Positions 1-10,375 of a stretch of 64,000 nt of DNA are shown here, one piece after another. Numbering within the stretch: the stretch's first letter is position 1; every line of letters begins with the position of its first letter. Both the position numbers and the translations under genes were made by a program. The DNA comes from Candidatus Poribacteria bacterium (GTDB lineage: Bacteria > Poribacteria > WGA-4E > GCA-2687025), in NCBI GenBank assembly GCA_963665845.2, contig OY762492.1, positions 2,016,001 through 2,080,000 of the forward strand, written 5' to 3'. The notes under the pieces are model-generated. The model was not told where the DNA came from, searched no databases, and was given only the letters and a program-made list of their open reading frames with translations.

Positions 1-1
1 C

Positions 2-271
2 GCGTTTGAAGCGGCGGCAAATCTGGCGGTCAAGGCGGCTGTCGAAGGGCGGGCGCGCTTCCGGATACACGCGCCGCTCATCAATATGACAAAGGCGGAG
101 ATTGTCCGGCGCGGTTTGGAGCTGAAGGTCGATTTAAGCCTCACCCATTCCTGCTACGACCCTGACGCAGACGGCTTTGCCTGCGGACGCTGCGACGCAT
201 GCCTCTTGCGCAAAAAAGGGTTCGCGGAAGCGGGCGCGCCCGACCCGACGCGGTACGCCGAGCGCGACTGA
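2..271 (+). CDS. queC: 7-cyano-7-deazaguanine synthase, 3' part (5'-truncated by window)
   Basis: Open frame from window edge with [12 protein letters not shown] and Zn motif THSCY..CGRCDAC..RKKGF. Confidence 0.93.
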   Translation, partial: AFEAAANLAVKAAVEGRARFRIHAPLINMTKAEIVRRGLELKVDLSLTHSCYDPDADGFACGRCDACLLRKKGFAEAGAPDPTRYAERD

Positions 272-286
272 AAGAAAGGAACCGAT

Positions 287-1780
287 ATGGCGCATCCATG
301 CGCGTTTGTGATCTTCGGAGCCGCCGGCGATCTGTCGCGGCGAAAGCTGCTGCCGGCGCTGTTTCGCCTCTGGCGCGGGGGGCATCTGAACGAGTGGACG
401 GCGCTGGTCGGCTCCGCCCGGCGCGACTGGAACGACGACGCCTTCAGAAACGAGGTTGCCGACTCCCTGCGCGAATTCGTCGGCGCGGACGCGCTCCAAG
501 ACGGCGCATGGGAACGATTCGCCCAACGCCTCTTCTTCGTCGGGTTCGATATGAACGATCAAAGCGGATATGAACGTCTCAAACGGCGGCTTGAAAAGCT
601 GGACGAGACGGACTATGTCGGGCGGCGGCGCGTGTATTACTTGGCGACGCCGCCGCAGGCATTCGCGCTGGCGAGCGAACAGCTGGACGCCGCCGGTTTG
701 ACGCAGCCGCTGGAAACGCCGCACGGGGACTGGCCGCGCATCGTCGTAGAGAAACCGTTCGGACGCGACCTCGCCTCCTCTAGAGAGCTGGACGCCGCGC
801 TGCTCCGCGCCTTTGACGAGGAGCGCATCTACCGCATCGACCATTATCTCGGCAAGGAGATGGCGCAGAACCTGATGGTGTTCCGTTTTGGCAACACGAT
901 CTTTGAGTCGATCTGGAACCGCAACTGGATCGACCATGTGCAGATCTCCGTCGCCGAGTCGATCGGCGTAGAAAACCGCGGAAAAACCTACGAGCAGATG
1001 GGCGCCGCGCGCGACATCGTCCAGAACCATATCATGCAGCTGCTGGCGACCGTCGCAATGGAGCCGCCGAGCCGTTTTGACGCGCAGCGCGTCCGCGCCG
1101 AGAAGACGACCGTCATCGAAGCGATCCGCCCTGTTGACCCTGAAAGCGCGGAGACCGATTTTGTGCGCGCGCAGTATATCGCCGACGCGGCGGGCGGGCA
1201 GCCGGTGAAAGGGTATCGGCAGGAGAATCAGGTTGCGTCCGATTCGTTGACCGAAACTTACATGGCGGGAAAGTTTCAGATCGAGACATGGCGGTGGAGC
1301 GGCGTTCCGTTTTACATCCGCACGGGCAAGCGGCTCTCTAAGCGGGTGACGGAGGCGTCGATACATTTTAAAGAGCCGCCGATGACGCTTTTTCGAGACA
1401 GCGGCGGCGCGCCCAGCAATATCCTGACGATGCGCATACAGCCGGACGAGGGCATCTCGCTCTCTATCGACGCAAAGAAGCCGGGCGTCGCCATGGCGCT
1501 GGAGTCGGCGCTGATGGCGTTCCGTTATTCGGAGGCGTTTCCCGACCGCGTCATGCCGGACGCTTACGAGACGCTCATCATGGATGTGATCATGGGCGAT
1601 TCGATGCTGTTTGCGCCGTCCGAAATGCATGCGGCGGCATGGGCAGTTTTAGACCCGCTCTTGACCGCGTGGGAAAGTCCCGAAATATGCCCGCTCGATT
1701 TTTATCCGGCGGGAGCCGCCGGACCGCAGTCCGCCAACGCGATCATGCAGCGGGACGGGCGGAGATGGAGCCATTTTTGA
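287..1780 (+). CDS. zwf: Glucose-6-phosphate 1-dehydrogenase
   Basis: GAAGDL, EKPFGRD, RIDHYLGKE and GVPFYIRTGKRL motifs; AAAGGA RBS. Confidence 0.98.
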   Translation: MAHPCAFVIFGAAGDLSRRKLLPALFRLWRGGHLNEWTALVGSARRDWNDDAFRNEVADSLREFVGADALQDGAWERFAQRLFFVGFDMNDQSGYERLKRRLEKLDETDYVGRRRVYYLATPPQAFALASEQLDAAGLTQPLETPHGDWPRIVVEKPFGRDLASSRELDAALLRAFDEERIYRIDHYLGKEMAQNLMVFRFGNTIFESIWNRNWIDHVQISVAESIGVENRGKTYEQMGAARDIVQNHIMQLLATVAMEPPSRFDAQRVRAEKTTVIEAIRPVDPESAETDFVRAQYIADAAGGQPVKGYRQENQVASDSLTETYMAGKFQIETWRWSGVPFYIRTGKRLSKRVTEASIHFKEPPMTLFRDSGGAPSNILTMRIQPDEGISLSIDAKKPGVAMALESALMAFRYSEAFPDRVMPDAYETLIMDVIMGDSMLFAPSEMHAAAWAVLDPLLTAWESPEICPLDFYPAGAAGPQSANAIMQRDGRRWSHF

Positions 1781-1805
1781 CCGCGTGACTAAGGAGCAGA
1801 CAACG

Positions 1806-3362
1806 ATGAGCGCAACAAAATGGAAAAAACAGCTTGCGCTGCTTGCCGGCGCCATCTTGCTGGCGGCTCTGGCCATTGGCGCCGCGATTCTTTTTCAATC
1901 AAACGACATAGACCCCGCCGCGCAAACGAACGCGCCGGAAGCAGGCGGCAGCTCCGAGCCGAGAAAAGAAGCTGTAGCCCCCGACACACCAGGAGGCGTC
2001 GCGCAGGAGAAAGAGCCGTCAGAAATCAGCCCCAGATTGGCGGAGCTTCTGCAGATCCTGTACGACCATAGAGGCGATGAATCGAACCCAAAGATTCGCG
2101 CATGGCTTGAATGGTACGGAAATAAGATGATCGCCGACGGGAAAGAGGACGCAGATATCGTTGGAATGCTTGACAGCGATCTCTGGAGCATGAGGAAGAT
2201 TTCCGATCCGAAAGAGCTGGAATGGCGCATTGAAGACGCCCGAAAGAACGCGCTGTACGAGGACGAGGAGGATGCTGACGAGGGCTGGCAGTACAGTGAA
2301 AACTTCTCTGAAAAAAAGAACCGCCTCAACAAATTCTTTTACGATCTGTATGGCGATCTTCGCTATCCCGAGCCGCACGAAAAAACGCCGCGCGAGGCGA
2401 TCGATATACTGGTCGAAGGGATGGACGATCTGGACGCCGCCAAAAGCTTGATTGGAGGAGGATACGAATCACTTTTTCCCGAAGCTTCCGGCTTAGATTG
2501 GGGCAAAATAGAAGAAGAGTACGCCGCAGAATACGCGGACCGCGTCCTTGCAAAGGACCCGACCTCGCGCGATGCCTTGCTGGTGAAAGTCTTTGCAGGA
2601 GTTGATGTTGATGAATCGGCGCGGCTGATTATCGAACATCATTCAGACGACACCGACGCAATTTATCAAGTGTCCGGCAGACTCTGGGAAACATCCCCAG
2701 AGCTGGAGATTGCCGCGATCAACACACTGCTGCAGGAAGATAACTTGCCCGCTGAATCGTATTTCCATGACATGCTTGGCAGGTCGTATGAGCGGCTTGA
2801 TATGCTGTCTGAAGCGGCTGATCAGTACCTGCTGGCGTATATGGCTGGCGGCTACATGACAGCTTACAATACTTTAGAACGGGGGGAGCGGAACTATTCG
2901 TCCATCTGGGAGGAACGGAGGCCGGACGCGGCGGCAAAGCAGACGCCAACCGCGCCGAGCGGGCCGGCTCATGATCATCCCCATGCGGCGGCTCCAGACG
3001 ATCCGCATGGCGCTCCTCCTCCGCCTGCCCATCCAGACGCCCCGCGCCCTGAAGGCGCGCCGCCCCCTACTCCGCCAAACGCGGAGATGGACATGGCGGC
3101 CGCATACGCCGACTTCGCCAAGGCGTACCAGAGCGCGTTTGAGATGGAATACTCCCTCTCCGAGGCGACGCCCGAAGGCTATATGAACGCCTTGCTTGGA
3201 ATGGCGCGCGCCTTCGCCAAGTCGGGCGACGCCCAGCGCGCCCAGGACGCCTACAACGCCGTCCGCAAACGCCATTCGCGCGAGGAGGTTGAGCAGGTCT
3301 TCCGCCGCTTCGATGAGCAGGAGCGTCTGAAACGGCAGCCGCCGAGCGGCGAGGACGAATAG
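1806..3362 (+). CDS. Membrane-anchored hypothetical protein with TPR-like helices and Pro/His-rich linker
   Basis: N-terminal hydrophobic segment, acidic helical core, Pro-rich linker; AAGGAG RBS before ATG 1806. Confidence 0.75.
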   Translation: MSATKWKKQLALLAGAILLAALAIGAAILFQSNDIDPAAQTNAPEAGGSSEPRKEAVAPDTPGGVAQEKEPSEISPRLAELLQILYDHRGDESNPKIRAWLEWYGNKMIADGKEDADIVGMLDSDLWSMRKISDPKELEWRIEDARKNALYEDEEDADEGWQYSENFSEKKNRLNKFFYDLYGDLRYPEPHEKTPREAIDILVEGMDDLDAAKSLIGGGYESLFPEASGLDWGKIEEEYAAEYADRVLAKDPTSRDALLVKVFAGVDVDESARLIIEHHSDDTDAIYQVSGRLWETSPELEIAAINTLLQEDNLPAESYFHDMLGRSYERLDMLSEAADQYLLAYMAGGYMTAYNTLERGERNYSSIWEERRPDAAAKQTPTAPSGPAHDHPHAAAPDDPHGAPPPPAHPDAPRPEGAPPPTPPNAEMDMAAAYADFAKAYQSAFEMEYSLSEATPEGYMNALLGMARAFAKSGDAQRAQDAYNAVRKRHSREEVEQVFRRFDEQERLKRQPPSGEDE

Positions 3363-3389
3363 GCTTGACCGCATGTTTCCATCAAGGCG

Positions 3390-4505
3390 ATGGCAATGTC
3401 GACGGAACGGCTTGCCCCCGCGCCTGAGACCGTCTATGCTGTTACGCGCTCTCTTCTTGCGGAGGACAAGGCGATCCTACCATCTTGGGCAGACTCGTTT
3501 GCGGAACGGCTTGGGGAAACGATCCGCGCCGTTGAACAGATCGCGCGGCACCCCCTCGGAACGACGCGCGTATGGCGCGTAACGGCGGAAAGCGGGCGCG
3601 AATACGCCGTAAAACAGCATATCTACCGCGCCGCCCAAACGCGCGGCGGATATGACGCGCTGGAAACGGAAGCCGCCGTCCTGACGCTCCTTGAAGAGAT
3701 GCGCGCCCCGACCCCCGCCGTGAAAGCGGTCGACATGGAGGCGGGCTGTCTCGCGTCCGAATGGATACACGGCGCGACTCTGGACGATCTCGCGCAGCGC
3801 GACCCCGGCGCCGCCCGCAAAGCCGCGCCAAAAGCGCTCGCCGCGCTTGAGCGGATTGAACGGGCTTTGGAGGCGCGCATTTCGGAGGCGGAGCCGTTTG
3901 CGTTTGATCAAGATTACGACGCCTATCTCGGAGCCGATTTTGCGCATATCCTGATGGAGGCGCGCGTCGGTTACAACGCGCTCTGCGAACAGATCGGAGC
4001 GGCGCCTCCCGCGGGAAACGCCGACTGGGAGGCGGTTTATGCGGCGATTCAAAACGCGCAGCCGACGATGGGTTCGCTTGACTACAACGCGCGAAACCTT
4101 CTCATAACGCCAAGCCGAGCCGTATATCTGGACTTTTCAGCGGTCGGATGGGACTGGACGGAGCGGCGCCTCGCGCATTACTTATACGCGCTTGGGGCGC
4201 GCGATCCGTCCGGGTCGTTTGTGTGCGCCTTGACGCCGGCGGCGTTGTCGAACGCTGTTTTTTTTGACCCTGCGGCGCTGGAGGCGCATCTGTTTCTGTT
4301 TCAATGTTTGACAGCTGAACGTCTTCTTCGGGGCGGGCTGACGCCGCCTGCCGAGGCGGAGAATGCGCATGACCCGTACTGGCAAAATCGGAGGAACCGT
4401 TTTGAGCAGACGGCGCATGCGGTCGCATACGGCGCGGTTGCGGAGTGTGAAGGGACAGCGCGCCTGCGCTCTGCCGCCGCGGAGAAGGTCGGTGGAGAGC
4501 GTTGA
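3390..4505 (+). CDS. Aminoglycoside phosphotransferase/kinase-like protein
   Basis: YAVK, divergent Brenner-like LDYNARNLL and YLDFS motifs. Confidence 0.7.
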   Translation: MAMSTERLAPAPETVYAVTRSLLAEDKAILPSWADSFAERLGETIRAVEQIARHPLGTTRVWRVTAESGREYAVKQHIYRAAQTRGGYDALETEAAVLTLLEEMRAPTPAVKAVDMEAGCLASEWIHGATLDDLAQRDPGAARKAAPKALAALERIERALEARISEAEPFAFDQDYDAYLGADFAHILMEARVGYNALCEQIGAAPPAGNADWEAVYAAIQNAQPTMGSLDYNARNLLITPSRAVYLDFSAVGWDWTERRLAHYLYALGARDPSGSFVCALTPAALSNAVFFDPAALEAHLFLFQCLTAERLLRGGLTPPAEAENAHDPYWQNRRNRFEQTAHAVAYGAVAECEGTARLRSAAAEKVGGER

Positions 4506-4606
4506 CGAAGGCGGCGTCATTCCCGCGCCAGCGGGAATCTTAAGGCATCGCAATCGCCGCGAATATCCCCGTATGAGCGTACTGCCGGCAATCGGATCGG
4601 CGCCGC

Positions 4607-6253
4607 TTAACCATCCTCGCTCTGTCCGATTTTGCCGCAGGCTTCCATGACCTTGTCCACAACGGTTTTGACATCCGCTTCGTCCACAAACGGCGACAGG
4701 ATGAACGATTTCAGCGCGACGATCGGTTCGCCGTAGTCGGTTTGCCGGTAGCAGTCGGTGATAGAAATGACGACGCCCCGCCCTTCCATCGCCTCGGAAT
4801 GGACATATTGAAACACTTCTCGGTTGTAGGCGTTATGGGCAATCAAACTGTCGCGGTAGGCGGGGTCTTCAAATTCCTGACGCATGATGCCGAACGTGTC
4901 GACCCCTTCCGGATAAACTCGAAAGACGGTGACGGCGCCGAAATTGTCGCTGTTTAGGGTGGTCGTACAAGAGCGCCCTCCCAGATGCTCCCGCAGCAGC
5001 TGCGTCATCTCGACGAGATGGCCGAGTATCGCTTGCAAACCCTGCTCCCCAAACAACCGAAGATTGGCGAGCGCCGCCAACGGACCGGTTCCCGCCCGCG
5101 AGGTTTCAAGAGTGAACATGCCAGGGCGATGCTCTCCAAACTGGTATAGATACGGCATCTGCTCCGGGCGCCGCTTCACCAAATCCAGATCGGTTTGATC
5201 TTTAACAAGAACAAGGCTGGAGATATACGGCGCAAAGCCTGTTTTATGAAAGTCAATGCCGACCGAATCGGCGAGAGAAAGATGCTGTATGCGCCGCCGC
5301 GCCCCTGCCAGCGCGCGAATCGTGCGCGGACGAAATCCTAGGGGGTTCTCTTCAAGGGAGTAATTGTTGAACGCCGACCATGCCCATCCGATAACGGCGT
5401 CGGCATGAATATGAGGCTGGTAGTCCAGCTCAAATTCTTCCGCAAGAGCGGCGCGCATCGCGGCAATCGCTTCTAAGTTGTCCAGTCCAAAGGCGTCGGT
5501 GGTTCCTAAGGTGGCGATGAACGCGGCAATCTTTTTCCCTTTTGCGAGAGCGTCTCGAGCGGCTTGTTCAAGCAGTTCGAGATCGATTTCGTTGTCATGC
5601 GTTGTCGGAATGATAACGAGATTGTCCGTTCCGATGCCGAGCCAGCCCGCGATATTGGCTGCGCAGTAATGTCCGGCGTCGGACACGAAGACGACCGCAT
5701 CATCCGGAACGCCTTTTTGTATGGCGCCCGGACATGCTTTTTCCAGCCCCAGTTTCACGCCGTAGAGAGTCGTTCCGGTGCCTCCAAATGTGAACACGCC
5801 GCTGGATTGCGCCGAGTCGTATCCGATCATTTTTGAAGCGATGGCGGCAACTTCCACCTCCGCCAGCGCGACCAGTCGGCTGTATTCGTCCCAAGCGATA
5901 TTCGGATTATGCAGGGAGGCGAGCAGTACCCCGACTAGGCTCGGTATCGTTGTCGGGCCGATAACGTTCTGTTGAGTGCGCGGATGTCCAAAAATCGGCA
6001 TTCCGCGCAGGTAGCTGACGATGTCTGCAGTGACCTCCTCCACGGAGGACATCGCGTCCGGCAGCTCCGCCTGCCTCGCCTTTTCATAATCGCCGAAGAC
6101 GATGTCTCCGAGCATGGGCAGTTCCGTTTTGAGCGCGTCCACCTGGTCTAGGGCGCGCATAATAGAATGGACGAAATAGGAGTCGTGAATCGGGTCGGAC
6201 ATCGGCTGCGGAAAGGCGAGCCGTATGCGTTCTAAAATATCGCGGTATACCAT
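4607..6253 (-). CDS. Group II PLP-dependent decarboxylase
   Basis: GVFTFGGT, GTTD, IHADAVIG and ADSVGIDFHK (PLP lysine). Confidence 0.9.
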   Translation of the reverse strand: MVYRDILERIRLAFPQPMSDPIHDSYFVHSIMRALDQVDALKTELPMLGDIVFGDYEKARQAELPDAMSSVEEVTADIVSYLRGMPIFGHPRTQQNVIGPTTIPSLVGVLLASLHNPNIAWDEYSRLVALAEVEVAAIASKMIGYDSAQSSGVFTFGGTGTTLYGVKLGLEKACPGAIQKGVPDDAVVFVSDAGHYCAANIAGWLGIGTDNLVIIPTTHDNEIDLELLEQAARDALAKGKKIAAFIATLGTTDAFGLDNLEAIAAMRAALAEEFELDYQPHIHADAVIGWAWSAFNNYSLEENPLGFRPRTIRALAGARRRIQHLSLADSVGIDFHKTGFAPYISSLVLVKDQTDLDLVKRRPEQMPYLYQFGEHRPGMFTLETSRAGTGPLAALANLRLFGEQGLQAILGHLVEMTQLLREHLGGRSCTTTLNSDNFGAVTVFRVYPEGVDTFGIMRQEFEDPAYRDSLIAHNAYNREVFQYVHSEAMEGRGVVISITDCYRQTDYGEPIVALKSFILSPFVDEADVKTVVDKVMEACGKIGQSEDG

Positions 6254-6336
6254 GTTTACGCTTTCGCCCGCATGCGCGCCTACGAATGAACCTACACAGA
6301 TATGTTAGCGCATTTTAGAGCGGTATGCGAATCTTC

Positions 6337-6541
6337 CAGCCCTTGAGTCTTAAGTTGGGACATGGCGGCATGGGAACGCGGACGGTTTCAGCGGCGCCTC
6401 TGGATTCCCGCACGTTTTACCGCAAGGGCGGGGAATGCACGTCCCCGCGGGCATGTCCTCGTGAAAACGGGGAAGCGGGGGACGATCTGGTTGGCGACGC
6501 TTTTTTCCTATGAATAGGGCGGTCATTCGTTCAAATGTCCG
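6337..6541. mobile_element. MITE family A, degenerate copy with nested insertions
   Basis: TIR-like CAGCCCTTGAGTCTTAAGTTGGGACAT; body matches 29988-30155; right end truncated. Confidence 0.7.
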
Positions 6542-6597
6542 AAAGACAGAGGCGAATAGCAAAAGACGCCGTCCTGCCGCAGTCATTTCTTCGCCGC

Positions 6598-7704
6598 TTA
6601 TTCTTCAGAGGCGTTCTCTTGCGGCGCCTCCGCCTCCGCCTCTTTGATGTCGCCCCACTGCTCATGCTTCTTGCCCGAAAGATCGATGGAGAGAAAACGG
6701 CTCTTGCCCGCCAAAACCCATGTCGGAGAATCGCCGTCGGGCTTGATCAGCTTCTCCTTTCGCGCCGCGACATGCGCCAGGTAAACGCCAATCGGCTTTG
6801 GATTCTTCGGATCAATAGACCCTCCGAAGTAGACGATCCATTTCGAATCGGGCGACCATTCTACATGGTTGACATAGCTCCCGTCCTCCATAAAACGCTC
6901 CGCGCCGGACCCGTCCGAGTTCATCATGTACAATACTAGGTCGCCTGGACCGTCGCGCAAGCTTCCAAACATGATCGTTCGTCCGTCCCGGGACCAAGAA
7001 GGATAAATATCCGTTCTTGGATCATCGGTGAGGTTGACGATATTTGACCCGTCGCTGTTCATGGCATAGATATCGTATTTGACTTTTGCTTCGAGATCCA
7101 GCCTCGGTTCTTCCAAAGCGTCGAACGCGATTTTTTGACCGTCCGGCGACCATGACATGAAACCTGATCCAGGCAGCCGTTCCGGAAAATCGGTCAATTG
7201 AACATGTTTCTTAGTGTGAACATTCACCTTGTAAAGATTCTTTCTAGGGACAGCGTTCTGATTATACCATGTGTTGATAATCGTAACCCATTTCCCGTCG
7301 GGCGACCAAGAAGGGTGTGTGAAAAACCCTTCTTCTCCTTTAGGAAGCCATTCCAGCAGATTCTGGACGTCGCCGGTCCTCAAATCCAGCAGATAGGGTA
7401 TGTAGTTCCATTCGTCTTCGTCGAACACGACCACGACAGCGCGCTTTCCGTCCGGCGACCAGTAGGCGCTGCCTGAAAATCTTGCCTTTCCGTCCCCCAT
7501 CCAGAGTCGGTCGTTCCCGCCGTCCCAATCCATGAGGCGAATCTCAAACCCTTCAGGCGTAAGGTAGGCGATGGTCGGCTTGTCCAGCTTCGTAACATCC
7601 TCTTTCGGTTTCGGCAGGGGCAGGACAGCATGCGCCGACTGCAGACTTGCGCAGAGCAGCAGCGAGGCGGTTGTCAAACAGGCGGCGAATCGAATCTTCA
7701 GCAT
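6598..7704 (-). CDS. Secreted PD40/TolB-like beta-propeller with C-terminal W-x-x-I-K motif
   Basis: Signal peptide ending AHA, repeated WSPDG, ends SIDLSGKKHEQWGDIK plus acidic tail; start chosen by RBS spacing. Confidence 0.88.
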   Translation of the reverse strand: MLKIRFAACLTTASLLLCASLQSAHAVLPLPKPKEDVTKLDKPTIAYLTPEGFEIRLMDWDGGNDRLWMGDGKARFSGSAYWSPDGKRAVVVVFDEDEWNYIPYLLDLRTGDVQNLLEWLPKGEEGFFTHPSWSPDGKWVTIINTWYNQNAVPRKNLYKVNVHTKKHVQLTDFPERLPGSGFMSWSPDGQKIAFDALEEPRLDLEAKVKYDIYAMNSDGSNIVNLTDDPRTDIYPSWSRDGRTIMFGSLRDGPGDLVLYMMNSDGSGAERFMEDGSYVNHVEWSPDSKWIVYFGGSIDPKNPKPIGVYLAHVAARKEKLIKPDGDSPTWVLAGKSRFLSIDLSGKKHEQWGDIKEAEAEAPQENASEE

Positions 7705-7723
7705 GTCCATTCCTTCCCAATGC

Positions 7724-7752
7724 ATTGTAACTGGTCGCTGAATGCGCGTCAA
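7724..7752 (-). promoter_or_regulatory. Putative sigma70 promoter of PD40 gene
   Basis: TTGACG-17bp-TACAAT. Confidence 0.7.
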
Positions 7753-7767
7753 TATAGGCGCGAAGCG

Positions 7768-8031
7768 GACAGTCTCTATACGATGTTTTTGATTTTAGAG
7801 GGTTCCGTTTTGGAATGCGGACGCGGTCTGGGAAAACTCTGGATTCCCGCTTGCGCGGGAATGCATGTCCTCGCGGAAGCGGGGAACGAATAGCCCAATC
7901 ACAGCGGTTGGGGCGCGGTTTCTGGACTCCCCCCTTGAAAAAGGGGGCTGGGGGGGTTTTAGTTCCGGGCGCGGAATCGCGATTAGCAAAACTCAAACGG
8001 ATTTTCGTCGTCGTCGCCTATAGAGACTGCC
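7768..8031. mobile_element. MITE family B copy 1
   Basis: Ends GACAGTCTCTATACG...CGCCTATAGAGACTGCC; homologous (inverted) to 24986-25204; no TSD seen. Confidence 0.8.
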
Positions 8032-8046
8032 CGCATAATAAAATTC

Positions 8047-8075
8047 TTGCGGCGCGCGGGCGGAACCGCTAACAT
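8047..8075 (+). promoter_or_regulatory. Putative sigma70 promoter of J-domain gene operon
   Basis: TTGCGG-17bp-TAACAT with AT-rich upstream tract. Confidence 0.5.
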
Positions 8076-8110
8076 ACTGCATGTCTCAATAGACGCGGCA
8101 TAGATATTTT

Positions 8111-9388
8111 ATGAAAGATTACTATCGCATTTTACAGGCGCACCGAGAGGCGGATCAGGAAACGATCAAAGCCGCCTACCGGTCCTTGACGCGGCGGGTT
8201 CACCCTGACAAGAACCCGAACAACCGCGAATGGGCGGAAGAGCGCATGCGCGAAATCAACGAGGCGTACCATGTGTTGAGCGACGGCGCCAAACGCGCCG
8301 CCTTCGACAGAGAGTATCCCGCCTCATCCCCGAAGAGCGGCTCCGCGTCCAACGAAAAGCTGCTGTTGACGCTGGAACAGAACCGCGCCTTGCGCGATCG
8401 GGTTCAGAAGCTGACGGCGCATCTTGAACGTCAAAGCAAGGAGACGAGCGAACTTCAACAGCAGCTGAAAGAATCGGTACAACGCCGCGAGCGTCTCGAG
8501 AAGGAGCTGGCGGTGGAACGGGAGCGGAATAAGCTGCTTCGGCGCGGCTCTACATCTTCCGCCAAGAAGAAGAAAAACACGCGGATCGGGAAGACGAAGC
8601 AGACAGCGGAAGAGAGTATGGAGACGCGGGTCATGCAGCTGCCCGGCAGCTCCGCGACGATGGTTTTCGTCCGCATACCCGCTTCCATATTTGAAATGGG
8701 CAGCGCGGTCGGAAATCCAGACGAACGCCCTGTTCATCAAGCGGCGCTGGACCAGTTTTGGATCGGCGCCGAACCTGTAACCTGCAGTCAGTTTTCCGCC
8801 TTCGTCAAGACGAACCCGTCATGGAGCAAACGCTCCCTGACTCCCGATCGGCATCCGGACTATCTCAAGCCGTTCAACGGAGACAGCCCCCCGTTCGGAA
8901 AAGAGCGGCATCCTGTGACGCATGTTACATGGACGGCGGCGGCGGCGTTTGCGAAATGGGCTGGTTTTGAATTGCCGACGGAGGCGCAGTGGGAAGGCGC
9001 GGCGCGCGCCGGTCAAGACGGAGAATACGGCGGCGGCAGGTCGTTCATTTCCCCCAACGACGCCAATTTTGCGGGCAAACGGGGCGGAGTCGTCCCGACG
9101 CGCAGCTACCCGCCGAACGCATACGGCGTCTATGAAATGCTCGGCAATGTGTGGGAATGGTGCGCCGATGTCTACGACGCGGCGTTTTACCGCTCCCCAG
9201 AGGCGCTGGAGCCGAACCCGATGCGCGGCGGCGCGGGGGGCGAATCGACGCGCCGCGTTATTCGGGGCGGGTCTTGGCAGAGCCTCTCGTCCGACCTGCG
9301 GGCGTCGGCGCGGGGGCATATGAAAGCGGGAACGGCGTCCATGTTTTGCGGTTTTCGATGCGCGTTTCGCAGTAGCCCATCGTTGTGA
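8111..9388 (+). CDS. J-domain (DnaJ) / coiled-coil / FGE-sulfatase (SUMF1-like) fusion protein
   Basis: DYYRIL..HPD J-domain; LPTEAQWE, PNAYGVYEMLGNVWEW, RGGSW and GFRC. Confidence 0.9.
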   Translation: MKDYYRILQAHREADQETIKAAYRSLTRRVHPDKNPNNREWAEERMREINEAYHVLSDGAKRAAFDREYPASSPKSGSASNEKLLLTLEQNRALRDRVQKLTAHLERQSKETSELQQQLKESVQRRERLEKELAVERERNKLLRRGSTSSAKKKKNTRIGKTKQTAEESMETRVMQLPGSSATMVFVRIPASIFEMGSAVGNPDERPVHQAALDQFWIGAEPVTCSQFSAFVKTNPSWSKRSLTPDRHPDYLKPFNGDSPPFGKERHPVTHVTWTAAAAFAKWAGFELPTEAQWEGAARAGQDGEYGGGRSFISPNDANFAGKRGGVVPTRSYPPNAYGVYEMLGNVWEWCADVYDAAFYRSPEALEPNPMRGGAGGESTRRVIRGGSWQSLSSDLRASARGHMKAGTASMFCGFRCAFRSSPSL

Positions 9389-9400
9389 AGGAGATGCGAG

Positions 9401-10375
9401 TTGAGTCGACCTAAGGTGTTCATAACGCGACCGCTGCCGCCCGTTGCGGACCCGCTCATTCATCGTCTGCGGGAGACATGCGAGGTTGAGATTTGGCATT
9501 CGATGGAGGAACCCGCGCCGACAGCGGAGAAGATACGCGCCCTGGACGGCTTGGCGACCTACGGGCATGAACCAATCACCGACGCGATGATGGCGGAAGC
9601 GCCCAACTTAAAGGTGATCTCCAATATCGGCGTCGGGCATGACCATATCGACTCGGAGGCGGCGCGGCGGAGGGGCGTCGCTGTCGGCAACACCCCGGGC
9701 GTTTTGAGCGGCGCGACCGCCGATATGACCTTCGCGCTGCTGCTGGCGGGGGCGCGTCTGCTGGGTCCGTCTAACCGATATGTCCGCGCGCGTCAGTGGC
9801 GCTCTTACGACCCGAACCTGTTTTGGGGCAGCGAGGTTCATCATTCAACGATCGGCATTGTCGGCATGGGGCGCATCGGTTATGAGGTGGCGAAGCGCGC
9901 CCGCGGCTTCGACATGAACATATTATATTACAAGCGGAATCGGCGCGCGGACTGGGAGCGGGAGCTGGGAATGTCTTACGCGCCGCTGAATGAGTTGCTG
10001 GAGGCGTCCGATTTTGTAACGCTGCATGCGCCGATGTCGCCTGAAACGAAAGAGATGATCGGAGCGGCGGAGCTGAAGCGGATGAAGCGGACGGCCGTTT
10101 TGGTGAACGCGGCGCGCGGCGGAATCGTCGACCATGCGGCGCTGTATGAAGCGTTGACATCGGGCGAGATTGCGGCGGCGGCGCTGGATGTGACGGAGCC
10201 AGAACCGCTTCCGCTCGATAGCCCGTTGATCGATCTGGACAATTGTTTCATCGCGCCGCATCTGGGCAGCGCGACGGTGGAAACGCGGTTGAAAATGATA
10301 CAAATGGCGTTGGATAATTTAATGGCGGGGCTGAACGGAAAACCGCTGCCTTACTCGGTTTTGGAACCTACATGA
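9401..10375 (+). CDS. D-2-hydroxyacid dehydrogenase (glyoxylate reductase/D-glycerate dehydrogenase family)
   Basis: GMGRIG, VNAARG, ALDV.EPEP and PHLGSAT. Confidence 0.93.
   Translation: MSRPKVFITRPLPPVADPLIHRLRETCEVEIWHSMEEPAPTAEKIRALDGLATYGHEPITDAMMAEAPNLKVISNIGVGHDHIDSEAARRRGVAVGNTPGVLSGATADMTFALLLAGARLLGPSNRYVRARQWRSYDPNLFWGSEVHHSTIGIVGMGRIGYEVAKRARGFDMNILYYKRNRRADWERELGMSYAPLNELLEASDFVTLHAPMSPETKEMIGAAELKRMKRTAVLVNAARGGIVDHAALYEALTSGEIAAAALDVTEPEPLPLDSPLIDLDNCFIAPHLGSATVETRLKMIQMALDNLMAGLNGKPLPYSVLEPT

Noticed and set aside
134-1630. Long antisense ORFs (also 23650-24999, 35856-37352, 39634-40809, 44260-45702)
   Set aside because: Shadow frames of well-supported genes in high-GC DNA, with no motifs of their own.
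9250-9388. FGE/CLec C-terminus as a DGR variable region
   Set aside because: No reverse transcriptase and no adenine-mismatched template repeat seen in the window.
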